A DNA stretch of 52,123 nucleotides from an uncultured Arcobacteraceae bacterium (GTDB lineage Bacteria; Campylobacterota; Campylobacteria; Campylobacterales; Arcobacteraceae). A model generated the notes under the pieces. That model saw only the letters and a program-made list of their open reading frames with translations. It had not been told where the DNA came from and did no database searches. Below are positions 38,549-49,613 of this stretch, piece after piece. The stretch is taken from assembly GCA_964022095.1 (NCBI GenBank), contig CAXHZO010000016.1, positions 1 to 52,123 of the forward strand, written 5' to 3'. Each line of letters opens with the position of its first letter. Position 1 is the first letter of the stretch. A program made the position numbers and the translations under genes.

Positions 38549-39040
38549 TTATATAAATGAATCAAATCTTTCAAAATGACAAGTGTATCCATTAGGGTTT
38601 TTTACTAGATAGTCTTGATGATAATCTTCAGCTGGCCAAAAAGTTGAAAATGGTTCTAGCGTAGTTACAACTGTATCTTCCCATTTTCCAGATTTATTTA
38701 CTAAATCAATTACCTCTTTGGCTATTTTTTCTTCTTCTTCATTTTGAATAAAAATTGTAGATCTATAACTTGAACCCTTGTCATTACCTTGTCTATCAAC
38801 AGTTGTTGGGTTGTGTATTCTAAAAAAATAGTCTAAAATTTCTTTAAAAGACGTAATTTCTGGGTCATAAGTTATTTCAACACTTTCTGCATGCCCAGGA
38901 TGATTTTGATACGTAGGATTACTATTTTCTCCACCTTGATACCCAACATGAGTATCCACAATACCTGCTCTTTTTCTTATAAGGTCTTCCATTCCCCAAA
39001 AGCAGCCACCAGCAATGTATGCTTTTTTATAATTATCCAT
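38549..39040 (-). CDS. msrA: Methionine-S-sulfoxide reductase
   Basis: GGCFWG, GHAE, QGND.G.SYRS, AEDYHQDY. Confidence 0.95.
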   Translation of the reverse strand: MDNYKKAYIAGGCFWGMEDLIRKRAGIVDTHVGYQGGENSNPTYQNHPGHAESVEITYDPEITSFKEILDYFFRIHNPTTVDRQGNDKGSSYRSTIFIQNEEEEKIAKEVIDLVNKSGKWEDTVVTTLEPFSTFWPAEDYHQDYLVKNPNGYTCHFERFDSFI

Positions 39041-39437
39041 CTAAATCCTTATTTAATTCATTTAATAACTCATAAGTAGTTTTTTTATGATTTTTATCTA
39101 ATATTATAAATAAATATGAAACTACAACTACATTCATATATATAATTGCTTCTGAAAAAGGTGTAAAAGCAAAAATTACCCCTGTAATAAGTATAAATAC
39201 AGGATTTAAAACTTTAATTAAACCTTCTGCTTTAAATGCTTTTTCATTATACTCACTTAGGTTTGCTTTTAAATAGTTTTTGTCATCAAGTGTTAACTCA
39301 CCTTTTATTTTTAAATCTTCAAGTCCTTGAAGAACATCAAGTCTTTTTTTATATCTTAAATATTTGATTACAATACCTATACATATCAGTATAGAAATAG
39401 CATTTGATAATATCTGTAAAGAAATATCTGATTGCAT
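39033..39437 (-). CDS. Hypothetical membrane protein
   Basis: Three hydrophobic segments; GAGG RBS; overlaps the msrA start. Confidence 0.7.
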   Translation of the reverse strand: MQSDISLQILSNAISILICIGIVIKYLRYKKRLDVLQGLEDLKIKGELTLDDKNYLKANLSEYNEKAFKAEGLIKVLNPVFILITGVIFAFTPFSEAIIYMNVVVVSYLFIILDKNHKKTTYELLNELNKDLDG

Positions 39438-39557
39438 TATTTACCTCTTTTAACATAAATTAATATATAATAACGAAAAAACTTATAGGACGATATTATA
39501 AACTACATCGAAATTTTATTTATTTCATTATCATTTATTCCAATAACATATTATAGC

Positions 39558-39866
39558 ATGAGATTTATATTTGATAAAAAAGATTATGAAAATTATGTGA
39601 ATGATACTTTTTTTAATTCAAAAGACTCATGGAAATGGGAATGGCATAAAAATGAAATAGTGTCACTAACATCTGTATGCTCAACATGTAAAACAGGTTT
39701 ATTATACGATGAAAACAAATATAATGATAAAGTTTACTATTATTGCCCTTGCTGTAATAAGTCACCAATTAATATAAATGGTGGCAATTATAAACACTCT
39801 CAATCAATTATAAAAAGAGAAATAAGAAGGAAAGCTTTCCCTAATTTGTATAAAAAAGTTTCATAA
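39558..39866 (+). CDS. Hypothetical zinc-ribbon protein
   Basis: CSTC...CPCC pair. Confidence 0.6.
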   Translation: MRFIFDKKDYENYVNDTFFNSKDSWKWEWHKNEIVSLTSVCSTCKTGLLYDENKYNDKVYYYCPCCNKSPININGGNYKHSQSIIKREIRRKAFPNLYKKVS

Positions 39867-39964
39867 TAGAACTTTTTCACAATTAATACATAAATATTAC
39901 TTAGTATAAATAATATCTTATTTTACTTAGATATAATAAATTAAATTATTTAAAAGGGGACATA

Positions 39965-40405
39965 ATGAAAAAAATCATTGCGATGTTAATGTTAACTGCA
40001 TCATTTGTTTTTGCAGCAATTAACTTACAAACAGCTTCTAAGCAGGAGTTAATGACTATTAAAGGAATTGGTGAGAAAAAAGCTGAATCTATAATTAAAT
40101 ATAGAAAATCAAATAAAATCAAAAGTGCTGATGATCTTATTAATATCAAAGGTTTTGGAGAAGGTATTATTAAAAACGTAAAAGGGAACAAAACTGTTTC
40201 TAAAGCTAAAGAAAAAACTTCTAAAACAAAAAAGAATACTTCTAAAACAAAAGAAAAGTCTTCAAAAATGAAGGACAAGGTTTCTAAAAAAACAAAAGAG
40301 AAAAAATCTTCAGTTAAAAAAACTAAAGAAAAGTCTGCTAAAATAGTAAAAGAAAAAAAATCTACTTCTAAAAAAATAAAAAAAGAAGTAAAAAAGAATA
40401 AATAA
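39965..40405 (+). CDS. ComEA-like helix-hairpin-helix DNA-binding protein with Lys-rich tail
   Basis: Signal peptide, INLQTAS..EL..IKGIGEKKA..I..YR, KGFG. Confidence 0.88.
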   Translation: MKKIIAMLMLTASFVFAAINLQTASKQELMTIKGIGEKKAESIIKYRKSNKIKSADDLINIKGFGEGIIKNVKGNKTVSKAKEKTSKTKKNTSKTKEKSSKMKDKVSKKTKEKKSSVKKTKEKSAKIVKEKKSTSKKIKKEVKKNK

Positions 40406-40438
40406 GCATTATGTAGGCATTTACCTACTTTGCTTTTT
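40404..40438 (+). terminator. Putative terminator
   Basis: AAGCA..GTAGG-loop-CCTAC..TGCTT plus T tract. Confidence 0.5.
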
Positions 40439-40482
40439 ACTTAATTATGGTAAAATCTCAAAAAAAATTATGAGGTTTTATT

Positions 40483-40896
40483 TTGAAATTTCCACCAAAT
40501 AATCCTTGCCCTTGTGGCTCTTTAAAAAAATACAAAAAATGTTGTAAAGTATTTCATGATGGTACACTTCCTGTTAGCGCATTAGAGCTTATGAAATCAA
40601 GATTTAGTGCATTCGCAACTCATAAATCTCAATACATAATATCAACAACTCATAGTGACAATCAAGATTTTACAAGCGACATAAACTCTTGGATTAGTAG
40701 TATTAATCAATTTTGTGAAAACACACATTTTGAAAAGCTAGAAATAGTGGATTTTCAAGATGGTGATACTGAAAGTTTTGTAACTTTTAAAGCAACACTT
40801 TTCCAATCAAATCAAGATGTTTCATTTATTGAGAAAAGTAGATTTTTAAAAGAAAATAAAAAGTGGTTATATGTTGATGGGGAATTTATTAATTAA
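40483..40896 (+). CDS. ychJ: YchJ-family (SEC-C motif) protein
   Basis: CPCGS.KKYKKCC, LMKSRFSAF, E.SRF......W.YVDG. Confidence 0.88.
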   Translation: MKFPPNNPCPCGSLKKYKKCCKVFHDGTLPVSALELMKSRFSAFATHKSQYIISTTHSDNQDFTSDINSWISSINQFCENTHFEKLEIVDFQDGDTESFVTFKATLFQSNQDVSFIEKSRFLKENKKWLYVDGEFIN

Positions 40897-40905
40897 AGGA
40901 TAGAT

Positions 40906-41649
40906 ATGAAAGTGTTATTTTCACCAAGTGAAGCAAAGTATAGTGGAGGAGAATCAAAAAGTTTTGATAAGGACTCTTTTTTATTTCCAGAGCTTTTTGA
41001 TAAAAGATTAGAGATTATAAATTCATACAATGAGTATATTTTAAACTCACCTAATGATAAACTAATGAAGTTATTTGGTACAAAGAAAGAGGATGTTTTA
41101 AATCATTATAAAAAAGACATTTTCAAAAGCGAAACTATGAAAGTTATCAAAAGATATGATGGAGTAGCTTTTGATTATGTTAAATATGATGAGTTAAATA
41201 GCGATGAACAAAACTATATTGATGAAAACGTAATTATATTTTCAAATTTATTTGGACCAATTAGTGCTGGAGATGTAGGTCTTCCTGATTATAAACTAAA
41301 ACAAGGTGAGAGCTTTGAAGGTTTAAAAATAGAGAAGTTTTATAATGAAAATTTCACTGATGCGCTTGATGAATATTTTAAAGATGAAGATATTATTGAT
41401 TTAAGAGCAGGATTTTATGAGAAGTTTTATAAATTAAAACAGCCATATATCACTATGAAGTTTATAAAAGAGGGGAAAGTAGTTAGTCATTGGGCAAAGG
41501 CTTACAGAGGAATTATTCTAAATCAACTTGCTAAAAATAGTATTAAAACTATTGATGAACTTATGAATTTAGAAATAGAAAGTTTAAAAGTAGAAGAGAT
41601 AAAAGAGACAAAACTAAAAAAAGAGATTATTTATAGTATTCAAAGTTAA
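40906..41649 (+). CDS. yaaA: YaaA-family peroxide stress protein
   Basis: SPSEAK, RYDGVAF, SNLFG, SHWAKAYRG. Confidence 0.85.
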   Translation: MKVLFSPSEAKYSGGESKSFDKDSFLFPELFDKRLEIINSYNEYILNSPNDKLMKLFGTKKEDVLNHYKKDIFKSETMKVIKRYDGVAFDYVKYDELNSDEQNYIDENVIIFSNLFGPISAGDVGLPDYKLKQGESFEGLKIEKFYNENFTDALDEYFKDEDIIDLRAGFYEKFYKLKQPYITMKFIKEGKVVSHWAKAYRGIILNQLAKNSIKTIDELMNLEIESLKVEEIKETKLKKEIIYSIQS

Positions 41650-41657
41650 GGACTAAA

Positions 41658-42626
41658 ATGAAAAATGGTTTAGAGCATGCATTGATTTTAGATAAAAAAG
41701 GTAGTGCAAAACAAATATCTTATGATGAGCTAGAAAAAGTTGACTTTCAAAATAATTTAGTATGGCTTCATTTTGACTTCCAAAGTGTAGAAGCTATTAA
41801 TTGGATTACAAATAAAAGTAGTATTGATCCAATTGCAATTGAGTCACTATTAACAGCAGAGACTAGACCTAGAACAATCATTTTAAATGACTCTTTACTT
41901 TTGGCTTTAAGGGGCGTTAATTTAAATGCAAATTCAAATCCAGAAGATATGATATCTATTAGAATTTTTATAAATGAAAATCTAATAATCACTACAAAAA
42001 GAAGAGATTTACTCTCTGTGAGTGATATTTTTGATTTATTCAAACAAAAGAATGGTCCAAAAAGCTCTTCAGAGTTTTTAGTAAAGTTAACTGATAGATT
42101 AACAACAAGAATGCAAGGTACAATAGATGAACTAGATGATAGATCTAGTGAACTTGAGCAGATTGTTATGGATTCAAGTAATAGTGAACTTAAAAGTGAA
42201 ATATCAAGTATTAGAAGGGAGTCTTTATCTTTAAGAAGATATCTATCTCCACAAAAAGAGGCTATGTATAAACTTTTACATGAAAGAATTACCTGGATAA
42301 ATGAGTATGAAAGAATACAATTAAGAGAGATTAATGATCAGTTAATAAGATATATTGAAGAGCTTGATACTATAAAAGATAAAGTTGCATTAATTCAAGA
42401 AGAACTAACAAATAAAATTAGTGAACAGATGAATAATAAGATGTATGTACTATCAATAGTTTCAGCAATATTTTTGCCACTTGGTTTTTTTACAGGATTA
42501 CTTGGCATAAATGTAGGTGGAATACCAGGAACTGAAAATCCAAATGCTTTTTATATATTTAGCGGTTTTTTAGTTGTTGTTGTAATACTACAGTTTATAT
42601 ACTTTAGAAAGAAAAAATGGATCTAA
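41658..42626 (+). CDS. zntB: ZntB/CorA-family divalent cation transporter
   Basis: ETRPR, LRGVNLN...PEDMISIR, FLPLGF.TGLLGINVGGIPG. Confidence 0.88.
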   Translation: MKNGLEHALILDKKGSAKQISYDELEKVDFQNNLVWLHFDFQSVEAINWITNKSSIDPIAIESLLTAETRPRTIILNDSLLLALRGVNLNANSNPEDMISIRIFINENLIITTKRRDLLSVSDIFDLFKQKNGPKSSSEFLVKLTDRLTTRMQGTIDELDDRSSELEQIVMDSSNSELKSEISSIRRESLSLRRYLSPQKEAMYKLLHERITWINEYERIQLREINDQLIRYIEELDTIKDKVALIQEELTNKISEQMNNKMYVLSIVSAIFLPLGFFTGLLGINVGGIPGTENPNAFYIFSGFLVVVVILQFIYFRKKKWI

Positions 42627-42627
42627 T

Positions 42628-43992
42628 ATGGAAGAGTTAAGAACACAAGAAGAGATAAAAAATTACTTTTTAAATGTAATAGAAGAGTTCAAAAGTGATA
42701 AGTGTGAAGTGCATCCTTATGATTTAGCTCAAGATTTACAAAAATTAAGAGATTTAAGTGATGAAGATTATGAGTTTGTTTGTAAAAAAATTCCAAGTGA
42801 ACTTTTTGCAGAGATTCTTTGTGAGATGCCTAATTACGTCCAAGAAGAAATTAGTGAGGTATTAAGTAAAAGAAAAATTGCAAATATTACTTCAATTATG
42901 GATAGTGATGATGCAAGTATGCTTATTCACAATATTTCACAAAATGATGAAGAAGCAGCACAAACGATTTTATCAAAACTTGATGATGAAGAAAAGCAAA
43001 TTATTGAGCATCTTAACTCATTTGATGATGATGTTGCTGGTGCTTATATGCAAAGTGAAATATTTAGTGTTAAATTAAATGAAAATATTAAAGCAACACT
43101 ACTAAGATTGAAAAAGCAAAAAGAAAATGATGAATTAGACAATATCTTCCATGCACATGTTATTGATGACAATGGAGTTTTTATAGGTTCTATTGGACTT
43201 GAAGAATTAATTTTATTTGATAGTAGTTTAAAATATAAAGATATTCCTGAGGATAAGTTCACAAATTATAGTATCAATCATAAAGCTGATATAAAAGATG
43301 TTGTTGAAATGGTTACTCACTACAATTTAAGTGCTTTAGCAATTGTTGATGATGAGAATAAACTTATCGGTAGAATTACACATGATGATATTCATGATGT
43401 TATTCAACAACTAGATACAAAACAACTTTACTCACTTGCAGGAACAAATGATGAGTCAGAGCAAGAAGAGAGCATGTACTTAATTGGTAAAAACAGAGCT
43501 TTATGGCTAGGAGTAAATCTAATTACAGCAATTTTAGCTTCAGTTGTTATTGGTTTGTTTGATGCGACAATTCAATCTTTAGTTGCCCTTGCTGTACTTA
43601 TGCCTATTGTTGCATCAATGGGAGGAAATGCTGGAACTCAAACTTTAACAGTAACAGTTAGGCAAATGGCATTGGGAGAAATTTCATATGAGGATGCAAA
43701 AAAGATTATATATAAAGAGGTAGTTATATCTTTAGTAAATGGATTTATATTTGCTTTTGTAATAGGTTTTATTGCATATCTTTGGTTTGATATTGCTCTT
43801 TTAGGGCTTGTAATTGCTATATCAATGGTAATTAATTTATTTAGTGCAGGTTTCTTTGGAGCCGTAATTCCAATATTTTTACAAAAAAGAGGAATTGACC
43901 CAGCAATTGGTTCTACTGTGATTTTAACAACAGTTACTGATGTAGTAGGATTCTTTAGTTTTCTGGGACTTGCAACTTTAATTTTATTATAA
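42628..43992 (+). CDS. mgtE: Magnesium transporter MgtE
   Basis: CBS pair, MPIVASMGGNAGTQ, DPA...TTVTD. Confidence 0.95.
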   Translation: MEELRTQEEIKNYFLNVIEEFKSDKCEVHPYDLAQDLQKLRDLSDEDYEFVCKKIPSELFAEILCEMPNYVQEEISEVLSKRKIANITSIMDSDDASMLIHNISQNDEEAAQTILSKLDDEEKQIIEHLNSFDDDVAGAYMQSEIFSVKLNENIKATLLRLKKQKENDELDNIFHAHVIDDNGVFIGSIGLEELILFDSSLKYKDIPEDKFTNYSINHKADIKDVVEMVTHYNLSALAIVDDENKLIGRITHDDIHDVIQQLDTKQLYSLAGTNDESEQEESMYLIGKNRALWLGVNLITAILASVVIGLFDATIQSLVALAVLMPIVASMGGNAGTQTLTVTVRQMALGEISYEDAKKIIYKEVVISLVNGFIFAFVIGFIAYLWFDIALLGLVIAISMVINLFSAGFFGAVIPIFLQKRGIDPAIGSTVILTTVTDVVGFFSFLGLATLILL

Positions 43993-44016
43993 AAGAGTCT
44001 ATTTAAGACTCTTTTA
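43990..44016. terminator. Bidirectional terminator
   Basis: TAAAAGAGTCT-ATTTA-AGACTCTTTTA between convergent genes. Confidence 0.7.
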
Positions 44017-45808
44017 TTTCTTCAAGCTCTTTTTTTAAGTGAACATCCATTTGAGGGAATGGAATCTCAATTTCATATTTATTTAATGTTTCATATATAA
44101 ATACTAAAAAGTCAGAAATATTAGATGAATCAAGTCCAGCTCTATTTGTATTTGTATGAATCCAAACCATTAGTTTAAAATCAACACTACTAGCACCCAT
44201 ACCTGTCATCCAAACATTTGGTAATCGTGTCATATCATCTTTTATATAAACTAGATTACTTTTATCAAGTTCTTCTTTGATTAGATTAATCACATATTTT
44301 GCATCAGTTCCATAGGCAACTCCAAATGGAATATTTAATCTTCTAATATCATCGCCAAATGTCCAGTTTGTAACATTGTTCTGCATTAAAGTTGAGTTTG
44401 GAATAATTACATCAATATTATCAAATGTTGTAATAACACTACTTCTCATATTGATTTGAGTTACTCTACCTTTTGTTTCTCCGTCAATATCAATAATATT
44501 CCCAACTTGAATAGACTTTTCAAAGATTAGAATAATTCCAGAAATAAAGTTAGAAACAATATTTTGTAAACCAAAACCAATACCAACTGAAAGAGCACCA
44601 ACTAAGATTGTAAGTGATGATAAATCAATACCAACAGAATTTAATGCAAATATAAATGTTAAAAATACTAAGAAATAAAACCCTAAGTTAGCAAGTAATG
44701 TTTTAGTTGCTTGAGAACTATTTTTTAAGTTTGCTTTTCCAATTTTTCTTTTATAAAAACTTGCTAATGAAAATCCAATAATAAAAATAAATAAGAATTT
44801 AGAAATATCAAGTATTGAAACTCCTTCTCCTAAAGGAATATAAGGCTTATTTACTTCATTCCAACCAAATTTTATTATATCAGTGAAGCTCTCTTTTGTA
44901 TCGGCAAAAGTTGATTTTGTTATTCCAATATGAACTCTTGATAAATACTTCAATAATTCAGTTAATGAATCATAATTTACATTATTTGTTTTTAAAAATG
45001 AGATTAAATCATTATTTAAATCAAAATAAATAGAATCTTTTTCTTTTAATGGTTTTAATAATTCTTCAACTTTGTAAAAAATAATAGTATCAATTAGTTT
45101 GATTTTCTTATTTTCAATCTTTTCTAGTTCTTTTTTTGTATTTTCTATTTGTTTTTCATTTTCAGAAATTACAGCTTTATCTAAAAGCAAAGATAATCTA
45201 TTTTGATCTTTAGATATAGAATCTAGTTCTTCTACAGATTTAGTGATATTTTCATTTAGTTTTCCATCTAAAGTAAATGTAGTAGTTTCAAGTGACTTAA
45301 CTAATGATTCTTTATATTGATTTAACAATACTTCAAGTGTTTTTAGCTGATTTTTATCATTTTTATTTTCTAAAATATATAAAGCATATAAAAGTTGAGA
45401 GTTAGTAGTACTTATAAGCTCTTTATCATTTATTTTATTGATTTGATTTTCTAAAGTTTTTAACTTATTTGATTTCTCTTCTATATTTTGCTTTGTAACA
45501 TTAAAAGATGAATTAATTTGTAAATAAGTTTTTACACTCTTTATAAAACTATTAGTATCTTTTATTTCTACTGGTTTTTCAAATTTTAATTTAGAATCAA
45601 AGTTTAACTCGTCACTTAATCTTTTCAACAACAATTTCTGGTAATCTATTTGCTCTTTTTGTTCACCTACTTCATTTGTAGATATTTTATTTACTTGTTC
45701 AGTATAGATTTTTTGTAACTCTTCATTTGTATTATCAAACCAAGTTTTATCAATACTTATGGCAAAAAGTGTGTTAATAGATATAATTAATATTAATAAA
45801 AATTTCAT
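44003..45808 (-). CDS. MscS-family mechanosensitive channel with long periplasmic N-terminus
   Basis: GALSVGIGFGLQNIVSNFISG, IPNS, IEIPFPQ. Confidence 0.9.
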   Translation of the reverse strand: MKFLLILIISINTLFAISIDKTWFDNTNEELQKIYTEQVNKISTNEVGEQKEQIDYQKLLLKRLSDELNFDSKLKFEKPVEIKDTNSFIKSVKTYLQINSSFNVTKQNIEEKSNKLKTLENQINKINDKELISTTNSQLLYALYILENKNDKNQLKTLEVLLNQYKESLVKSLETTTFTLDGKLNENITKSVEELDSISKDQNRLSLLLDKAVISENEKQIENTKKELEKIENKKIKLIDTIIFYKVEELLKPLKEKDSIYFDLNNDLISFLKTNNVNYDSLTELLKYLSRVHIGITKSTFADTKESFTDIIKFGWNEVNKPYIPLGEGVSILDISKFLFIFIIGFSLASFYKRKIGKANLKNSSQATKTLLANLGFYFLVFLTFIFALNSVGIDLSSLTILVGALSVGIGFGLQNIVSNFISGIILIFEKSIQVGNIIDIDGETKGRVTQINMRSSVITTFDNIDVIIPNSTLMQNNVTNWTFGDDIRRLNIPFGVAYGTDAKYVINLIKEELDKSNLVYIKDDMTRLPNVWMTGMGASSVDFKLMVWIHTNTNRAGLDSSNISDFLVFIYETLNKYEIEIPFPQMDVHLKKELEEIKES

Positions 45809-45901
45809 TGCTTATCCTTTCTTGCGGAATGATACTATATTTTATATACGAAACAACTCAAAAAGTCGGGTATATCATGTATGAATAATATACAATCGAG
45901 A

Positions 45902-46996
45902 TTATACTACAGTTTTAGAATCTTTTTTTACAAAATATAAAGAGATAAGTGCAATTGATGAGAATAGGGCACTATATAAGAATAAATACTCTCCATAAAC
46001 TACTCCAGAGATATATGCCCCAAAGAATCCTCCAAGGCCATAAGCAACTCCATACATGAACTGTTGAGCAAGTTTTTTATTTGAGTATAAAGTATATAGA
46101 TAAATTATCACAGCACTATGATATAGTCCAAATGAAAAGGCATGAATACTTTGTGAGAAGAAAGTAATTGATAGCGAATCAGGGTATAAATATAAAAGTA
46201 CCCATCTAAAGATAGTTATTCCTACACAAAACTTTATTACTGCAAGCAAATTGTTTTTTAAAATAGGTCCTTGAAAATAAAGCATAACAATTTCGCATAT
46301 AACCCCAAATGACCAAAGATATGATGTCATCTCTAAACTTATGCCATGTTCTGTTTCATAAATAGTGAAGAAGTTATAAAAGCCACCAAAGCTTAATTGC
46401 ATAGCAAAAAGACTTAACCAAAATGGCCAATATTTAAAGAATGAAAACTCTTCATCTGGTGATTCTTCTTCATTGTGTTCAACATCATATTTTAATAAAA
46501 GTAAAGCAAATACTACAGTTAAAATATTCACTACTAAATAGTAATGGATTGCTATAAATGGTTCAGTTAAAAACCTTCCTAAAAGAAGAGCAATTACTGT
46601 AAATCCAATTGAACCATATAGTCTTGATTTTCCATATTTCTCTTTTCCCAAGTTTTTAATTGCAGTTACTTCTAGATAGGGAAGAATTAAAGATAAACAT
46701 GCTGCTAAAAGTGCATTATTTATCATAAAAGCAAAAAAGTTTTCAATTGTAAGATAAAAAAATGATGTACCAATTATTGAAAAGTACAAGGCACTTTTAA
46801 ACATCTTTTGGTCAAGTTTAATATGTTTTAAAAATAAAAATGGAGTAGCAAACCTCATAAGTGGTGCTATTGCTAAAACAATACCTATATCAAAAGCACT
46901 GTATCCAATATCATGAAGTACCTTTGGTAAAAATATTACATACACACCAACAGCAGCAAAATAAAAAAAATAAAAAGCTGAGAGGTTAAAAAACAT
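45902..46996 (-). CDS. MFS transporter (HcaT-like)
   Basis: YGKSRLYGSIGF, WSFGVICEI, HAFSF...H. Confidence 0.85.
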   Translation of the reverse strand: MFFNLSAFYFFYFAAVGVYVIFLPKVLHDIGYSAFDIGIVLAIAPLMRFATPFLFLKHIKLDQKMFKSALYFSIIGTSFFYLTIENFFAFMINNALLAACLSLILPYLEVTAIKNLGKEKYGKSRLYGSIGFTVIALLLGRFLTEPFIAIHYYLVVNILTVVFALLLLKYDVEHNEEESPDEEFSFFKYWPFWLSLFAMQLSFGGFYNFFTIYETEHGISLEMTSYLWSFGVICEIVMLYFQGPILKNNLLAVIKFCVGITIFRWVLLYLYPDSLSITFFSQSIHAFSFGLYHSAVIIYLYTLYSNKKLAQQFMYGVAYGLGGFFGAYISGVVYGEYLFLYSALFSSIALISLYFVKKDSKTVV

Positions 46997-47484
46997 TAGT
47001 TTTTACAGGGGATTATTATTGTGTTTGAAAAGATGTCTTGGATTGTTTTTTTATCTTTTCTAAAAAAAGGAAGGAACATTAAAAATATTGAAATCACAGA
47101 AAATGTAGTAACTAAATATCTAATGATTACTTGAATTACAGATACTCTTTGCTTTGTTTTATTATCAACTAATTTGCCTTCATAGGCTTTTAGCCCTGGA
47201 GTTTGACCATTTTTAAGCCAAAAAATTGCAATGATAAGAAAGTGTGCTCCCAAAATAAGACTCCAACCAAGAGTTCTATCTTGAGCAAACTCTTCACCAC
47301 TTCCCATAATTAAATATATAACAATATAAAATATGGGAGTTGTGATTAAGAATGTATCTGTTAGAAAGGCTTTTAACCTTGAAGGGATAGATGCAGATTC
47401 AATAATATTTTCTTCAATAATTTTTGAAGAATTATTTATAGATTCTTTTGCTCTTTTTTGTTTTACATCCCTCCATTTAGCCAT
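46996..47484 (-). CDS. RDD-family protein
   Basis: RLKAFLTD, GQTPG.K, QD.FS.T. Confidence 0.88.
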   Translation of the reverse strand: MAKWRDVKQKRAKESINNSSKIIEENIIESASIPSRLKAFLTDTFLITTPIFYIVIYLIMGSGEEFAQDRTLGWSLILGAHFLIIAIFWLKNGQTPGLKAYEGKLVDNKTKQRVSVIQVIIRYLVTTFSVISIFLMFLPFFRKDKKTIQDIFSNTIIIPCKN

Positions 47485-48083
47485 TAGTTTCCTCTTGATC
47501 CTGGTTTATAAGCAATATCTTTAAAATCACATTCTTCTGGAGTGTACATTTTAAAAGTAAAGTCATCTAATGCAAAAAGGGGCTTGTCTAAAGGAAGTTT
47601 ACAATTTTTTTCTCTTTGAATATCACTTCCCTCTCTTGAACAAAAACCTCTATTAGCAAGTGCTGCATAAGCAGTGATTTTTCCACCCGCTTTTTCAACT
47701 TGTTTTGCAGCTTCTAGTGCACTTCCACCCGTTGTGATAATATCTTCACAAATAATATAGTTTTCATTTTCTTGTACTTCAAAGCCTCTTCTGATAGTCA
47801 TTTCCCCATCTACTCTTTCAGCAAAAATAAATCTTACATCAAGTGCAGTAGCTAATGCAAATCCAGCAATTAATCCACCAAGTGCGGGTGAACAAACAGC
47901 ATCAACCTTTATTCCAGATTCTTTGATTTGTTTAGCTAGCTCTTCTGCTAATAACTTTGCTGTTTTAGGGTCTTCTAAAACCTTTGCAGATTGTAAATAA
48001 AATTTAGAGTAGTTACCACTACTTAATTTAAAATGGCCTTCTAATAATGCATTTGCATCTTTATATATTTGTTCTACGTTCAT
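47484..48083 (-). CDS. pyrE: Orotate phosphoribosyltransferase
   Basis: [22 protein letters not shown]. Confidence 0.95.
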   Translation of the reverse strand: MNVEQIYKDANALLEGHFKLSSGNYSKFYLQSAKVLEDPKTAKLLAEELAKQIKESGIKVDAVCSPALGGLIAGFALATALDVRFIFAERVDGEMTIRRGFEVQENENYIICEDIITTGGSALEAAKQVEKAGGKITAYAALANRGFCSREGSDIQREKNCKLPLDKPLFALDDFTFKMYTPEECDFKDIAYKPGSRGN

Positions 48084-48085
48084 GA

Positions 48086-48643
48086 TTATACCGTTAAGAT
48101 TTCTTGTTCTTTTGCTTTTAGAGTTTCATCTGCTCTAGTAACATAAGAATCAGTAATTTTTTGGATCTCATCTTGAGCTTTTTTGTGCTCATCATCAGTA
48201 ATTTCTTTATCTTTGTGTAAAGTTTTTGCTTTATCATTTGCATGTTTTCTTACATTTCTGATAGCAACTTTAGCATTGTCAGTCATAGTTTTTGCTTGTT
48301 TTGCAGTCTCTTTTCTTTGATCAACTGTCATTGGAGGGAAAAATAATTTAATTACTTCACCATCATTATTTGGGTTAACTCCAACATTTGCTGCATTAAT
48401 TGCTTGTTCAATATCACCTAAAAGGTTTTTCTCCCAAGGGTTAATTACAATTGTAGTTGCATCTGGTGCTAATACAGAACCTACTTGATTAAGATCAGTT
48501 GGTGTTCCATAATAATCAATTCTAATACCTTCTAAGATATTTGTATTAACCTTACCAGTTCTTAAAGATTTGTAATCTTTTTTAAGTGCTTCAATTGATT
48601 TTTCCATATGCTCAGTTGTATATGCATAAACTTCTTCTAACAT
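48086..48643 (-). CDS. frr: Ribosome recycling factor
   Basis: [19 protein letters not shown]. Confidence 0.97.
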   Translation of the reverse strand: MLEEVYAYTTEHMEKSIEALKKDYKSLRTGKVNTNILEGIRIDYYGTPTDLNQVGSVLAPDATTIVINPWEKNLLGDIEQAINAANVGVNPNNDGEVIKLFFPPMTVDQRKETAKQAKTMTDNAKVAIRNVRKHANDKAKTLHKDKEITDDEHKKAQDEIQKITDSYVTRADETLKAKEQEILTV

Positions 48644-48653
48644 TCATTCTCCT

Positions 48654-49595
48654 TTATTTAATTAATAGTTTATTTGAAATAGTATAGTAATCAGTGCTTA
48701 TTGCAATTCTACTTCTATTTAGTTTTAACTTTTTGTTAATTTTGAGATCGATTATACCATTTTTAACTTTTATATCCTGCCAACCGTAAGTTGAAATATA
48801 AAGTTTTGCGTTTTTTATTGATGGATTTACTTTAACTTTAACTTTTTTTACTATTCCATCTTTAGGATAATCTTTTGGCTCAATCCAAGTAGCTTCTAAA
48901 GTTTTATATTTAAGTTTTTGTTTTAAATTAACTTTTCCTACTAATGCAACTCTATTTAAATCGTATTTATCACTATTTATATTTACAGATCCATTATTCT
49001 GATTTCCAATATAATCGAAATCAAATTTACTAATTATATTTTTAACTCTTTGATTATATTCTCCATATGGATAAACATATCCTTTGGGTTCAAATCCTAG
49101 TTTTTCTTTGAAAATAGCGTATGATTTTTTCGTATCATTATAAATCTCTTTATCACTTAGATGAGTTAAATGCGCATGTGAATATGAATGTAAAGCTATT
49201 TCTCCATATTTTGAAGTCTCTTTTATCTCTTCCCACGTCATAAAGTCATTATATTTTTTTTCTGTAGCTTCAACATAAACAAATAAAGTGAAAGGATAAT
49301 TATATTTTTTAAATAGATTTAAACCATTTTTATAAAAACTTTTATATGAATCATCAATATGAAATGCTACCCAATTATCAGGTATTTCTTTATTGTCTTG
49401 AAGTCTTTGAATTATTTGAGATGTTTTAACTACTTCATAGTTATTATCTTTGAAGTATTCAAACTCTTTTTCTAACTCTTTTAAAGTTGTGTTAGTACTT
49501 TGGTGATTTGCATCACCAAATCTATGATACACAAAGATATGTGCATCAGCTAGTATATAAAGATAAGATACACAAAGAAGTAAAAAATACTTCAT
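48654..49595 (-). CDS. Polysaccharide deacetylase family protein
   Basis: YHRF, IDD, HSYSH, YPYGEY. Confidence 0.88.
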   Translation of the reverse strand: MKYFLLLCVSYLYILADAHIFVYHRFGDANHQSTNTTLKELEKEFEYFKDNNYEVVKTSQIIQRLQDNKEIPDNWVAFHIDDSYKSFYKNGLNLFKKYNYPFTLFVYVEATEKKYNDFMTWEEIKETSKYGEIALHSYSHAHLTHLSDKEIYNDTKKSYAIFKEKLGFEPKGYVYPYGEYNQRVKNIISKFDFDYIGNQNNGSVNINSDKYDLNRVALVGKVNLKQKLKYKTLEATWIEPKDYPKDGIVKKVKVKVNPSIKNAKLYISTYGWQDIKVKNGIIDLKINKKLKLNRSRIAISTDYYTISNKLLIK

Positions 49596-49613
49596 ATCTT
49601 TTTTCTCTTTGTG

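Noticed and set aside
39946-40278. 110-aa minus-strand ORF
   Set aside because: Antisense shadow of the A-rich ComEA-like gene
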